In this document: positions 12,059-21,027 of the stretch, one piece after another
How positions within the stretch are numbered: position 1 is the stretch's first letter
How the letters are laid out: every line of letters begins with the position of its first letter
Assembly (NCBI GenBank): GCA_016778985.1
Contig: JADHOM010000001.1
Coordinates: forward strand, 173,613 to 237,612
Source: Alphaproteobacteria bacterium
Lineage (GTDB): Bacteria; Pseudomonadota; Alphaproteobacteria; Puniceispirillales; UBA1172
Length of the DNA: 64,000 nucleotides
Reading direction: 5' to 3'
The notes under the pieces: generated by a model
Told to the model about the DNA's origin: nothing
The model's database searches: none
Seen by the model: only the letters and a program-made list of their open reading frames with translations
Program-made: the position numbers and the translations under genes

Positions 12059-12610
12059 TTAGTCATCATACTCCGTAAACAGAACCAATTTTGAAACATC
12101 AAACCCAAAACCAGCTCGCACCATACTTGCCAGATGGCGATTTTCCCAATTGGGTTTAGAACGGCTATGTGAGCTTGCATATTGCCCTAATTTACGCCGC
12201 CGTGCATATGTTTTCGCGGCTTCGGCTTCGGCATCGTGGCTACCGATATCGTCATCATCCATAGTTTGCGTAATGATTTCCTTCTCCACGCCTTTAGCTC
12301 TCAAATATTGGCTGATCTTGCGGCCTGATGTTCCGCGCACACGCATGCCTCGGGCGCGGCCTTGGGCGTATGCTGCATCATCAACATAGCCTAGCTTGGC
12401 ATAGCGGCTAACCAAGTGGTCAATGGCTTGATTGAGTTGCATGAGAAACTTGTCTTCAAGCGCTGGATCAGCATCTTTTGGCCAGCATTTGCGGCGACCA
12501 AAACGGCTAAGGACTTGTTTCAAATTCGCTTCGCTTGAGGTAAATCTAGCCAGATAACTCAAGGCTTTATTTTCAAGCCGTCGGTTAAGTTTATCATCAG
12601 AAATCACCAT
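12059..12610 (-). CDS. recX: RecX-like regulatory protein
   Basis: It is a 183-aa helical-repeat protein. The N-terminal ALSYLARFTSSEANLKQVL and YVDDAAYA repeats are typical of RecX. No recA is adjacent. Confidence 0.7.
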   Translation of the reverse strand: MVISDDKLNRRLENKALSYLARFTSSEANLKQVLSRFGRRKCWPKDADPALEDKFLMQLNQAIDHLVSRYAKLGYVDDAAYAQGRARGMRVRGTSGRKISQYLRAKGVEKEIITQTMDDDDIGSHDAEAEAAKTYARRRKLGQYASSHSRSKPNWENRHLASMVRAGFGFDVSKLVLFTEYDD

Positions 12611-12733
12611 AAATGCGCATCCCTTACTTTAGTTCAGTTTGGTCCATTTTTAAGTAATATCATCTGCAACCGAAGCGGTTTCCAGCTTTATACAATCCTT
12701 GCTTTCTACAAATATAGCGAATATGTTGCGCCC

Positions 12734-13570
12734 ATGTCGAGAAACAACAGCAAATCATCCTCTGCCCCTTCAGCATCGGTGATCAGACCTATTCATATTG
12801 GTTTGATTAATTGGGTTGGGCTGACGACGCTCTATAAGCGTGAAGTCATGCGGTTTGTGAAGATTCTTGGTCAAACTGTTGCCGCGCCAGTCATAACAAC
12901 ATGGCTTTTCCTGACAATTTTTGCGGTGGCTATCGGTGATCGGGTAGATGTCATGGGTGATATGAGCCTGCTTACCTTTCTGGCACCCGGATTGATCATG
13001 ATGACGGTCTTGCAAAATGCCTTTGCTAATACCTCATCATCATTGGTTATTGGCAAGGTTCAGGGCAATATTGTTGATCTGATTATGCCGCCGATGAGCG
13101 CTTATGAGCTGTTTTTAGGGATGGTTGCGGCGGGGATTACGCGCGGCCTGATGGTCGCTATTGCGGCTATTTTAACGCTACCATTGCTGGGGATTAATAT
13201 TATTCCGGCGAATATATTTGCGGCACTGGCGTTCCTCTTGCTTGGCGGCGGTATTATGGCGGTGATTGGCTTGATTGCCGGTATATGGGCAGATAAGTTT
13301 GATAGTCTGGCGACAATCACCAACTTTGTCATTCAGCCTTTGGTGTTTCTTTCGGGAACATTCTACACAATAGACCGATTACCGGAACCGATTGCCTTCA
13401 TCGCCTATTTTAATCCAATTTTTTATATGATTGATGGTTTTCGCTATGCTATGACAGGGTTTAGTTCAGCGTCGCCTTTATGGGGAGGCTTGATTTTATC
13501 ACTGACAATGCTTTTTCTATCTGGGCTCGGTATGTATTTGTTGAAGACTGGATATAAACTCAAGAGCTAG
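12734..13570 (+). CDS. ABC-2 type transporter permease (no adjacent ATPase)
   Basis: About 6 TM segments. The N-terminus has the ABC-2 look (LYKREVMRFVKILGQTVAAPVITTWLFL). Size is 278 aa. Confidence 0.75.
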   Translation: MSRNNSKSSSAPSASVIRPIHIGLINWVGLTTLYKREVMRFVKILGQTVAAPVITTWLFLTIFAVAIGDRVDVMGDMSLLTFLAPGLIMMTVLQNAFANTSSSLVIGKVQGNIVDLIMPPMSAYELFLGMVAAGITRGLMVAIAAILTLPLLGINIIPANIFAALAFLLLGGGIMAVIGLIAGIWADKFDSLATITNFVIQPLVFLSGTFYTIDRLPEPIAFIAYFNPIFYMIDGFRYAMTGFSSASPLWGGLILSLTMLFLSGLGMYLLKTGYKLKS

Positions 13571-13583
13571 AACGGTTTCGGTC

Positions 13584-14747
13584 ATGAACGCACCATCAGC
13601 ATCATCCCTTTCCTATCCACCTGGGATTTTATCGCAGCCTCAATTAGAAGATGCTTTTGCGAAAGGGTTTCTGGTCAACTCCGCGCCACTCACAGATGGC
13701 CAGATTCAACCCGCATCAGTGGATTTACGCTTAGGGGCAAAAGCCTGGCGGGTGCAAGCCTCTTTCCTGCCTGGTGCTGAACATCGGGTTGCTGATAAAC
13801 TGGCTGATCTGGCGATGCATGAAATTGATCTGAGCAATGGGGCGGTACTGGAAAAAGGCTGTGTCTATATAGCCGAGCTGATGGAGTCAGCGTATCTGCC
13901 AGATGGCTTAACCGCTATCGCTAATCCCAAAAGCTCAACAGGTCGGCTCGATGTTTTCACCCGCATGATTGCCGATTATGCGGATGAGTTTGAAATGGCG
14001 CCAGCTGGATATAAAGGCAGGCTTTATGCAGAAATTAGCCCACGGACATTTTCTGTTCTTGTTAGGCAAGGCTCACGGCTATCACAGCTTCGCTTGCGGT
14101 CAGGGCAGGCACATATCAGTGATGATGCTATGGCAGCGCTTCAAAACAAAGCTGGATTGACACATGGCGAAGGCATTATCCATCATAAAATCAAAGATGG
14201 TATTCCGCTTAGTGTTGATCTGTCTGGTAAGGCTCATGGTCTGATGCCGGGGCTGGTCGGCTGGCGCGCGCGTAAGCATGCGGGGTTGATTGATGTTGAT
14301 CGGGTTGGCGTTTATCCGGTATCGGCGTTCTGGGAAAAAGTGACATCAGCAGACCTTAACGCGGGCGGATTAGTATTAAATCCTGATGAGTTTTATATTC
14401 TGGCTAGTCAAGAATATGTTACTGTACCAGCTGAATATGCTGCCGAAATGACCGCTTATGACACCCGAATTGGTGAGTTTAGAGCCCATTATGCAGGCTT
14501 CTTTGATCCGGGGTTTGGCATGCCTGAATTAGGTGCCGGTGAGACTAGAGCCGTGTTAGAGGTGCGCTCACATGATGTGCCGTTCTTGATCGAAGAAGGT
14601 CAGACCGTGTGCCGACTTGTCTATGAACCTTTATCGGTTGTGCCAGAGGCGCTCTATGGCGCGCGAGGAAGCGGCTCACATTATCAGGCGCAAGGCCTTC
14701 AACTGGCAAAACATTTCATGCCAATTGCTGATGGGGCAACTCCATGA
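13584..14747 (+). CDS. 2'-deoxycytidine 5'-triphosphate deaminase-like protein (long, two-domain DCD family)
   Basis: The 387-aa protein shows the IQPASVDLRLG motif and dUTPase-fold-like repeats. It matches my memory of the alphaproteobacterial long dCTP deaminase family. Confidence 0.75.
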   Translation: MNAPSASSLSYPPGILSQPQLEDAFAKGFLVNSAPLTDGQIQPASVDLRLGAKAWRVQASFLPGAEHRVADKLADLAMHEIDLSNGAVLEKGCVYIAELMESAYLPDGLTAIANPKSSTGRLDVFTRMIADYADEFEMAPAGYKGRLYAEISPRTFSVLVRQGSRLSQLRLRSGQAHISDDAMAALQNKAGLTHGEGIIHHKIKDGIPLSVDLSGKAHGLMPGLVGWRARKHAGLIDVDRVGVYPVSAFWEKVTSADLNAGGLVLNPDEFYILASQEYVTVPAEYAAEMTAYDTRIGEFRAHYAGFFDPGFGMPELGAGETRAVLEVRSHDVPFLIEEGQTVCRLVYEPLSVVPEALYGARGSGSHYQAQGLQLAKHFMPIADGATP

Positions 14748-15997
14748 GTAAGCCAGGAAGCAAGTCATCAAGTAACCTGAAGACCAGTAATCACGCGGTG
14801 ATGGGGAATTATGGCCGGGCAGAATTGGCGTTTTCTCATGGTGAGGGGAGCTGGCTTATCAGCACAGAAGGCCATCGCTACCTTGATTTTGCGACAGGCA
14901 TTGCTGTCAATACGCTTGGCCATAGCCATCCTAAACTGGTTGCGGCGCTTACCCAGCAAGCAAGTAAATTGTGGCATATATCCAATTTATATGAAATCCC
15001 GGAACAGGCAGAATGTGCTAGCCGACTAGCTGAGCGGTCGGGATTGGATAAAGCGTTTTTCTGTAATTCTGGTGCTGAGGCGACCGAAGCGGCGGTTAAA
15101 ATGGCGCGCCGTGCGATGTATCATATGGGATATCAAAACCGCCATAAAATCTTATGCGCGGAAGGCGCATTTCATGGCCGCACCATAGCCATGCTAGCGG
15201 CAACAGATCGGCCTGTGTTTCGGGAAGGCTTTGGGCCCATGCCTGATGGCTTTGATCATTTTCCCTTTGGCAATATGAATGCGCTACGTGATCAATTGAT
15301 CAAAGATGCCGAAAGCGGCAGTCCAGAAATTGCTGCGGTCATGGTCGAAACGGTGCAGGGTGAAGGTGGCGCCAGACCCTTGCCAGACGGATTCATGGCT
15401 GAATTGAGAGCGGTAACCGATGAGGTGGGGTGCTTGCTTATTGCTGATGAAGTCCAGATTGGCGTTGGCCGATCTGGGCATTTATTCTCGTTCGAGCCAA
15501 GTGGCATCAAGCCAGATATTATCGCTATGGCTAAAGGCCTTGCGGGCGGCTTTCCCATTGGCGCGGTGATTGCAACAGATGCCGTGGCAGCTGCCATGAC
15601 GCCAGGAAGCCATGGATCGACATTTGGCGGCAATCCCCTTGCCATGAAGGCGGCATTGACTGTCCTAGATATTCTGGATGAGGATTTTCTGGCTGATATG
15701 CGGTCACGTAGTGCTGACTTGATGACAGAATTAAAAACGCTTAGCCAGAAATATAATGCTGTTGCTGATATTCGCGGAAATGGGTTTTTGATCGGGATTG
15801 TGCTTGCTGATGGCATTACCCCTATTGAGATCATGACTAGCTTGCGCCAGCATAACATGCTGGTTGTGCCAGCGGCGGGTAATACGATCCGTTTGCTGCC
15901 GCCATTAAATGTCAGCCGCGCCGATATTCATCACGCCGTAGCAACGCTTGATGCTGTATTTGGCGCATGTGATCACAACGCGATTACCACGCGATGA
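14744..15997 (+). CDS. argD: Acetylornithine aminotransferase (class III aminotransferase)
   Basis: The start overlaps the upstream stop (ATGA). Motifs include SGAEATEAAVKMAR, DEVQIGVGRSG and the PLP-Lys context MAKGLAGGFP. It lies upstream of argF. Confidence 0.85.
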   Translation: MSKPGSKSSSNLKTSNHAVMGNYGRAELAFSHGEGSWLISTEGHRYLDFATGIAVNTLGHSHPKLVAALTQQASKLWHISNLYEIPEQAECASRLAERSGLDKAFFCNSGAEATEAAVKMARRAMYHMGYQNRHKILCAEGAFHGRTIAMLAATDRPVFREGFGPMPDGFDHFPFGNMNALRDQLIKDAESGSPEIAAVMVETVQGEGGARPLPDGFMAELRAVTDEVGCLLIADEVQIGVGRSGHLFSFEPSGIKPDIIAMAKGLAGGFPIGAVIATDAVAAAMTPGSHGSTFGGNPLAMKAALTVLDILDEDFLADMRSRSADLMTELKTLSQKYNAVADIRGNGFLIGIVLADGITPIEIMTSLRQHNMLVVPAAGNTIRLLPPLNVSRADIHHAVATLDAVFGACDHNAITTR

Positions 15998-16014
15998 CCA
16001 CGCGATGATAGGGG

Positions 16015-16968
16015 ATGATGAAAGAAGTGAAGCCGATGATTAAGCATTTTCTTAATATTGCCGATTATTCATCTGATCAGCTCAAGCAGATTATCAGAGA
16101 TGCGCTGGCATTAAAGTCAAGTCCAGATAGAGGCAATAATATGCTCAATGCCAAGACCATTGCGCTGTTGTTTGAAAAGCCCTCGACTCGGACACGCATA
16201 TCATTTGAGGTTGGGGTTCATCAACTTGGCGGCGCGCCGATTGTGTTGGATAATAAATCAATGCAGCTTGGACGTGGCGAAACGGTTGCTGATACCGCAA
16301 AAGTCATGTCACGTTACGTCGATGCCATCATGATCCGTGCTGATAGTCATGATACTGTTCTTGAATTAGCTGACCATGCCGCCATTCCGGTCATCAATGG
16401 TCTGACCGATCAAAGTCACCCGTGTCAGGTGATGGCAGATGTTATGACGGTGGCTGAATACAAAGCTCCTGATCTCAACTTCGCCAATATCAAAGTCGCT
16501 TGGCTTGGTGAAGGCAATAATGTCTCGCATAGCTGGATCGAGGCGGCGGCTAGATTTGGCTTCACGCTATCCCTTGCGACGCCAGATCAATTACAGCCTG
16601 ATGCTAATATAATAGCCAAGGCGCAAGCCGAAGGCGGAGCCATAACCCTGACCAATGATCCAGCCGATGCGATCAAAGATGCTGATGTTGTTGTCACGGA
16701 TACATGGCTTTCTATGAGTAACTTTGGGAGTGCTTCAGGTCAGAAAGATATTGACGCTCATAAAGATAAGCTGACCCCATATAGGGTCACCGCCATACGC
16801 ATGAAAGAGGCGGCGGCAGATGCTATATTTATGCATTGTCTGCCTGTCTATCGCGGCAATGAAGCCGATGCTGAGGTGGTTGATGGGGCGCAGTCGGTGA
16901 TCTGGGATGAGGCTGAAAACAGACTTCATGTTCAGAAAGCCATTATGTGTTTTTGCCTAAACTCATAA
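16015..16968 (+). CDS. argF: Ornithine carbamoyltransferase
   Basis: STRTR, HPCQ and HCLP motifs are present. The start could instead be the Met at 16036 (MIKHFLNI...). Confidence 0.93.
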   Translation: MMKEVKPMIKHFLNIADYSSDQLKQIIRDALALKSSPDRGNNMLNAKTIALLFEKPSTRTRISFEVGVHQLGGAPIVLDNKSMQLGRGETVADTAKVMSRYVDAIMIRADSHDTVLELADHAAIPVINGLTDQSHPCQVMADVMTVAEYKAPDLNFANIKVAWLGEGNNVSHSWIEAAARFGFTLSLATPDQLQPDANIIAKAQAEGGAITLTNDPADAIKDADVVVTDTWLSMSNFGSASGQKDIDAHKDKLTPYRVTAIRMKEAAADAIFMHCLPVYRGNEADAEVVDGAQSVIWDEAENRLHVQKAIMCFCLNS

Positions 16969-17024
16969 TGTGTCATCTGTGGCATAAGAACGGTGTAAAC
17001 AGTAAGTAGTAGGAATGAGGCATT

Positions 17025-17963
17025 ATGGCTGATCCAAATCTGTCTGGAGTTCTGTCTGGAGTTCTGCCCTTTGTTATTGACGCAGGCCCAGGGCGGCAGG
17101 CGGCAATTCGTGGGCGACTGGCGCGAATGGATGATGTTGTTAATGGGATTCTTGGTCGTCATAACTATCCTGATGCTATGGCCAAACTGGCGGCAGAAGC
17201 AGTCGTATTAGCCTCATGCCTTGCCAGCACCATGAATTATGATGGTATTTTTTCGCTGCAGGCAAAAGGCGATGGCATCGTCAATACCTTACTTGCTGAT
17301 GTGACAACGGATGGCGCCACGCGCGGCTATATGAGCTACGACCAAGACGCCAATTTGGATCATATTGATACGGACAGTAATAGCTCTGCACCAATGATGC
17401 AGCTCATGGGGGGTGGCCATTTGGCGTTTACCGTCGATCAAGGCAAGAAAGGCCGCTATCAGGGTATTGTTCCTATTGAAGCGCAGGCGATTACTGATGT
17501 CGCCTTACGCTATTTCCGCGATTCTGAACAGATTGATACAGCCTTAATGCTTGCCGCTGATATCCAAGATGATGGCTGGCATGCCACGGGATTATTGCTC
17601 CAGCGGATACCTGAAACGGGCGGCAATTATGATGATGTTCTGCCCATGAGTGATGTTGAAGAAGATATCTGGCATACGGCTTGTACCATGATGGCAACAT
17701 GTGAACGCCGTGAAATGCTTGATCCGGCGCTGACGCCTGAGATGCTGGTGCATCGGTTATTTCATGAACTTGATGCCAGACTGCTGCCTTGGCGGATGCG
17801 GCGGGATGAATGTCGATGTTCGTCACAACGCGCTGAGCAAATCATTGCTTCGCTCAGTGATGATGAAAAAAGAGATTTAGCCAATGAGCATAATCAACTG
17901 GTCATGTCATGTGAGTTTTGTAAATCAGAATGGGTCTGGGATGTTGCCCCTAATAACACATAA
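17025..17963 (+). CDS. hslO: Redox-regulated chaperone Hsp33
   Basis: C-terminal zinc-centre cysteines are present (CRCS ... CEFC). The gene sits in the argD-argF-hslO order common in Alphaproteobacteria. Confidence 0.9.
   Translation: MADPNLSGVLSGVLPFVIDAGPGRQAAIRGRLARMDDVVNGILGRHNYPDAMAKLAAEAVVLASCLASTMNYDGIFSLQAKGDGIVNTLLADVTTDGATRGYMSYDQDANLDHIDTDSNSSAPMMQLMGGGHLAFTVDQGKKGRYQGIVPIEAQAITDVALRYFRDSEQIDTALMLAADIQDDGWHATGLLLQRIPETGGNYDDVLPMSDVEEDIWHTACTMMATCERREMLDPALTPEMLVHRLFHELDARLLPWRMRRDECRCSSQRAEQIIASLSDDEKRDLANEHNQLVMSCEFCKSEWVWDVAPNNT
17040..17066 (+). repeat. In-frame tandem 12-nt repeat (CTGTCTGGAGTT, 2.25 copies) inside the hslO 5' end
   Basis: Read directly: ctgtctggagtt ctgtctggagtt ctg. 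It encodes LSGV-LSGV-L. Confidence 0.9.
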
Positions 17964-18035
17964 CCTTTTGTTATTTAAGCCAGCTATTGCATCATGATGA
18001 ACACCAGCATACAATAAATATAGGGGGCGGCAATT

Positions 18036-18647
18036 ATGACACATATCACTCAAAAGCTGATCCAATTCATCACACTAGCTATGCTCATGATAGCACCGCT
18101 TATCTTGACTTCATGTAAGACGCCAGTGCCGCCTGTCTTAGTGTCTACTCCAATAGGCGCATCAATACCGATCCAAGTGGCTGATATTGATTTTTTCAAT
18201 GATCACGATCCGCAAGCGATTGAGCCATATATCGACCATCTTTACTATCCAACCTTGTCCGATATGTTGATGACATGGGGGACAGCTACGCTCATCCCTA
18301 GTGATGCTAATGGCAATCTGTTGATGACCATTGCCAAGGCAGATTTGCGCGAGCTTGATATTGCCTCAAATGATGATCTGAAATCCTTATTTACGAACGA
18401 GCAGAGAAAACTGATTATTGCTGATTTGGAAGCGGTGTTTAGCTTTACCCATCCGGTTGAAAACCGAACGGCTAGTATTGTCGTAAAATCAAGTTATCAA
18501 AACACGATTGCCGATTATACTACCCCTGCCGAATCAGAACGTATACGTCAATTTGTCATGACTGAGGCGATAGCGCGGTTTGATGGGGAGTTTCGCCGCC
18601 AGATCGCGGATATCTCGGCATCACAAGACTGGCCTGTTGCGCCCTAA
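18036..18647 (+). CDS. Hypothetical lipoprotein
   Basis: A signal peptide with lipobox (LILTSC) is present. I recognised no family. Confidence 0.6.
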   Translation: MTHITQKLIQFITLAMLMIAPLILTSCKTPVPPVLVSTPIGASIPIQVADIDFFNDHDPQAIEPYIDHLYYPTLSDMLMTWGTATLIPSDANGNLLMTIAKADLRELDIASNDDLKSLFTNEQRKLIIADLEAVFSFTHPVENRTASIVVKSSYQNTIADYTTPAESERIRQFVMTEAIARFDGEFRRQIADISASQDWPVAP

Positions 18648-18668
18648 ATCTTGGCCTTTATCATGAAT

Positions 18669-20117
18669 TTAACGCCGCCAAAATCCCGGCATCAGAATAA
18701 CCAGCACGGTAAATAGCTCAAGCCGACCTAAAATCATACCAGCGACCATGATCCATTTGGCGGCAGCGTTAACGTCCTCAAAACTGCCTGATGGGCCAAT
18801 CATTTCACCCAAGCCAGGGCCAACATTACTGATTGAAGTCGCCGCACCCGATAAAGCGGTTATAAAATCTAAGCCGGTCAGACCGAGCATGATGGCAATC
18901 AGCACAAAGCTCAAAATATATAGATAGAAAAACCCCATCACGGCATCCATGACTGTTTCGGGCACTGGCCGCCGATTGTAATAGACAACATTAACCGCAT
19001 GTGGCCGCAACAAGCGTGCCATCTGAACTTTCGCGGTGGCCGCTAATACTTGCAAACGGAACATCTTGATCCCGCATGTCGTTGATCCGGCACAGCCGCC
19101 AATGAACATGGCAATCAGTAAGATGACGGTTGTCTGCCCGCCCCATAACTCATAATCGGTACTGCTATAACCAGTGCCAGTCATTAATGATACGGTATTG
19201 AAACTGGCTTGCCGCAGGGCATCCAGAAATGTCAGATCAATGCTCGACATGAGCTGAAAGGTAATGAGCAAGCTAACCGTAGCAACAATCGCCACAAACC
19301 AGCGCACTTGCGGGTCCTCGATCAGATTTTTCCAGCCGCCACGAGTCATCGCCAGATAATGCGCAAAAGGCAGGCTGCCAACAACCATGCCGCCAATAAC
19401 CAGCATTTCAACAATGCTATTATCAAAAGACCCGATTGACGCGGTGCGGGTCGAAAACCCACCTGTCGCTAAGGTCGTCATAGCATGCGTGATGGCATCA
19501 AAGCCGGGCATGCCAGCAAAGGTGAACATCAATGCCCAGATCAGGGTAAGCAGGGTGTAGATAACAAAAATGCCGCCAGCTAGTTCGGTTGCTCGCGGGA
19601 TAACCTTATCAGGGGTTTCATATGACTCAGTGCGAAAGAGCTGCATGCCGCCAATGCTCAACATAGGCAAAACCGCTAACGCCATAACAATAATTCCAAT
19701 GCCGCCAAGCCATTGCAGAACCGCACGCCATATCAAAATGCCGCGTGACATCACCTCTAATAGTGGGATAACGGTTGAGCCGGTTGTGGTGACGCCAGAA
19801 ACAGATTCAAAAACCGCATCATGGATATCCATATCCGTATCACAGAGCAGAAACGGCAGCGCCCCAAAAAGCCCAATACTCATCCATGCCAGATTGGTCA
19901 GCAAAAAGGCTTGTCGGAGATTAATATTGTCAGAATTATTGAGCCGCGTTGACAGCAATAGCCCAAAGCCAAAAAACATCGTGATAGCAGCTGATCCGAA
20001 AAAACCGCTCCAGTTTTCGTGGCCATCATAGAAATCTAGCCCAGCCGGTATAAGCATGGCCATGGCCAGCAAGGAAAGCAGAATTCCAAGAATATACATG
20101 ACCGGGCTTAAGGGCAT
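18669..20117 (-). CDS. trkH: Trk-type potassium uptake protein TrkH
   Basis: The 482-aa polytopic protein has repeated pore-loop motifs (TTTGST, ATGGFS, TGTGYS, NVGPGLG). Confidence 0.9.
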   Translation of the reverse strand: MPLSPVMYILGILLSLLAMAMLIPAGLDFYDGHENWSGFFGSAAITMFFGFGLLLSTRLNNSDNINLRQAFLLTNLAWMSIGLFGALPFLLCDTDMDIHDAVFESVSGVTTTGSTVIPLLEVMSRGILIWRAVLQWLGGIGIIVMALAVLPMLSIGGMQLFRTESYETPDKVIPRATELAGGIFVIYTLLTLIWALMFTFAGMPGFDAITHAMTTLATGGFSTRTASIGSFDNSIVEMLVIGGMVVGSLPFAHYLAMTRGGWKNLIEDPQVRWFVAIVATVSLLITFQLMSSIDLTFLDALRQASFNTVSLMTGTGYSSTDYELWGGQTTVILLIAMFIGGCAGSTTCGIKMFRLQVLAATAKVQMARLLRPHAVNVVYYNRRPVPETVMDAVMGFFYLYILSFVLIAIMLGLTGLDFITALSGAATSISNVGPGLGEMIGPSGSFEDVNAAAKWIMVAGMILGRLELFTVLVILMPGFWRR

Positions 20118-20238
20118 TTATCAGTCCGTCAGACACTATTTGCCCAAGAATAAAGCGAAAGTAATGAAATGTCCACATTAAGCCTTTTAAAGGCAGGACG
20201 TTTTGAGGGGTGGTTTAGCCGCCCGTTATAAAGCGTGA

Positions 20239-20853
20239 TTAATTCTGGCCAGCTTGGATAAGAAACCGGTTGCGCAAATCTTGATCCTGCTCAAAGGCTC
20301 CGGTGAAACGTGTCGTCACCATGGAAACCCCTTGTTTTTGAACCCCACGAGTCGTCATGCATTGATGCGCGGCATCAATCAGCAAGGCCACCCCTTTCGG
20401 CTCTAGTACAGTTTGGATCGTTTGTGCGATTTGGGCGGTCATAGTTTCTTGTGTTTGCAGACGTTTGGCAAAAATATCAACGACACGCGCCAGTTTTGAT
20501 ATGCCGACTACGCGGCGATCAGGCAAATAGGCTATCGTGGCTGACCCAATGATTGGCACCATATGATGTTCACAATGTGAAACTAATCTGATGTCTTTGA
20601 GCATGACCAGATCATCATAGCCCTCAACCTCTTCAAAGACGCGACTAAGCATATGTTCAGGGTTTTCATGATAGCCGCCAAAAAACTCTTCATATGAGCG
20701 CACAACCCGCGCTGCTGTTTCTTTCAGCCCCTCACGTTCTGGGTTATCGCCAGCCCACTTAATTAGTGTCCGAACAGCATCTTCTGCTTCTTCGCGCGAA
20801 GGGGTCGGCTCAACCGCAACAAGATTAATTTTATCAGCTTCGTAGGGGGTCAT
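20239..20853 (-). CDS. folE: GTP cyclohydrolase I
   Basis: Zinc-site motif [12 protein letters not shown] is present, along with HQCMTTRG. Size is 204 aa. Confidence 0.93.
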   Translation of the reverse strand: MTPYEADKINLVAVEPTPSREEAEDAVRTLIKWAGDNPEREGLKETAARVVRSYEEFFGGYHENPEHMLSRVFEEVEGYDDLVMLKDIRLVSHCEHHMVPIIGSATIAYLPDRRVVGISKLARVVDIFAKRLQTQETMTAQIAQTIQTVLEPKGVALLIDAAHQCMTTRGVQKQGVSMVTTRFTGAFEQDQDLRNRFLIQAGQN

Positions 20854-21027
20854 AAAATTTTCCTGAATGATCTTTTCAATTCACATAAATACCTGCTGAT
20901 AAAACACATCAACACAGTTCATACGAATATGGGCTATTGAAACCTAAAATCAACCAGAAATGGGCTATTTCCATCAAAAATATGGACAACCATACGGAAA
21001 CATAACGCCCCAGGGGTTGAAATGGCA

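Noticed and set aside
15292-15858. Long antisense or alternative-frame ORFs in the track. Examples: 15292-15858 (188 aa, inside argD), 46592-47116 (174 aa, inside the ALDH gene), 11129-11560 and 11277-11762 (inside acs), 9471-9932, 43019-43465, 58615-59073 and 19570-20031.
   Set aside because: Each lies wholly inside a well-supported gene on the other strand or in another frame. Their composition is low-complexity and Ala/Arg/Ser/Pro-rich, typical of shadow ORFs, and none shows a recognisable motif.
20929-20969. A 10-bp direct repeat ATGGGCTATT (20929 and 20960) downstream of hyuB.
   Set aside because: It is a short single pair in a non-promoter position between convergently ending and starting genes. 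It is plausibly chance and has no associated structure.
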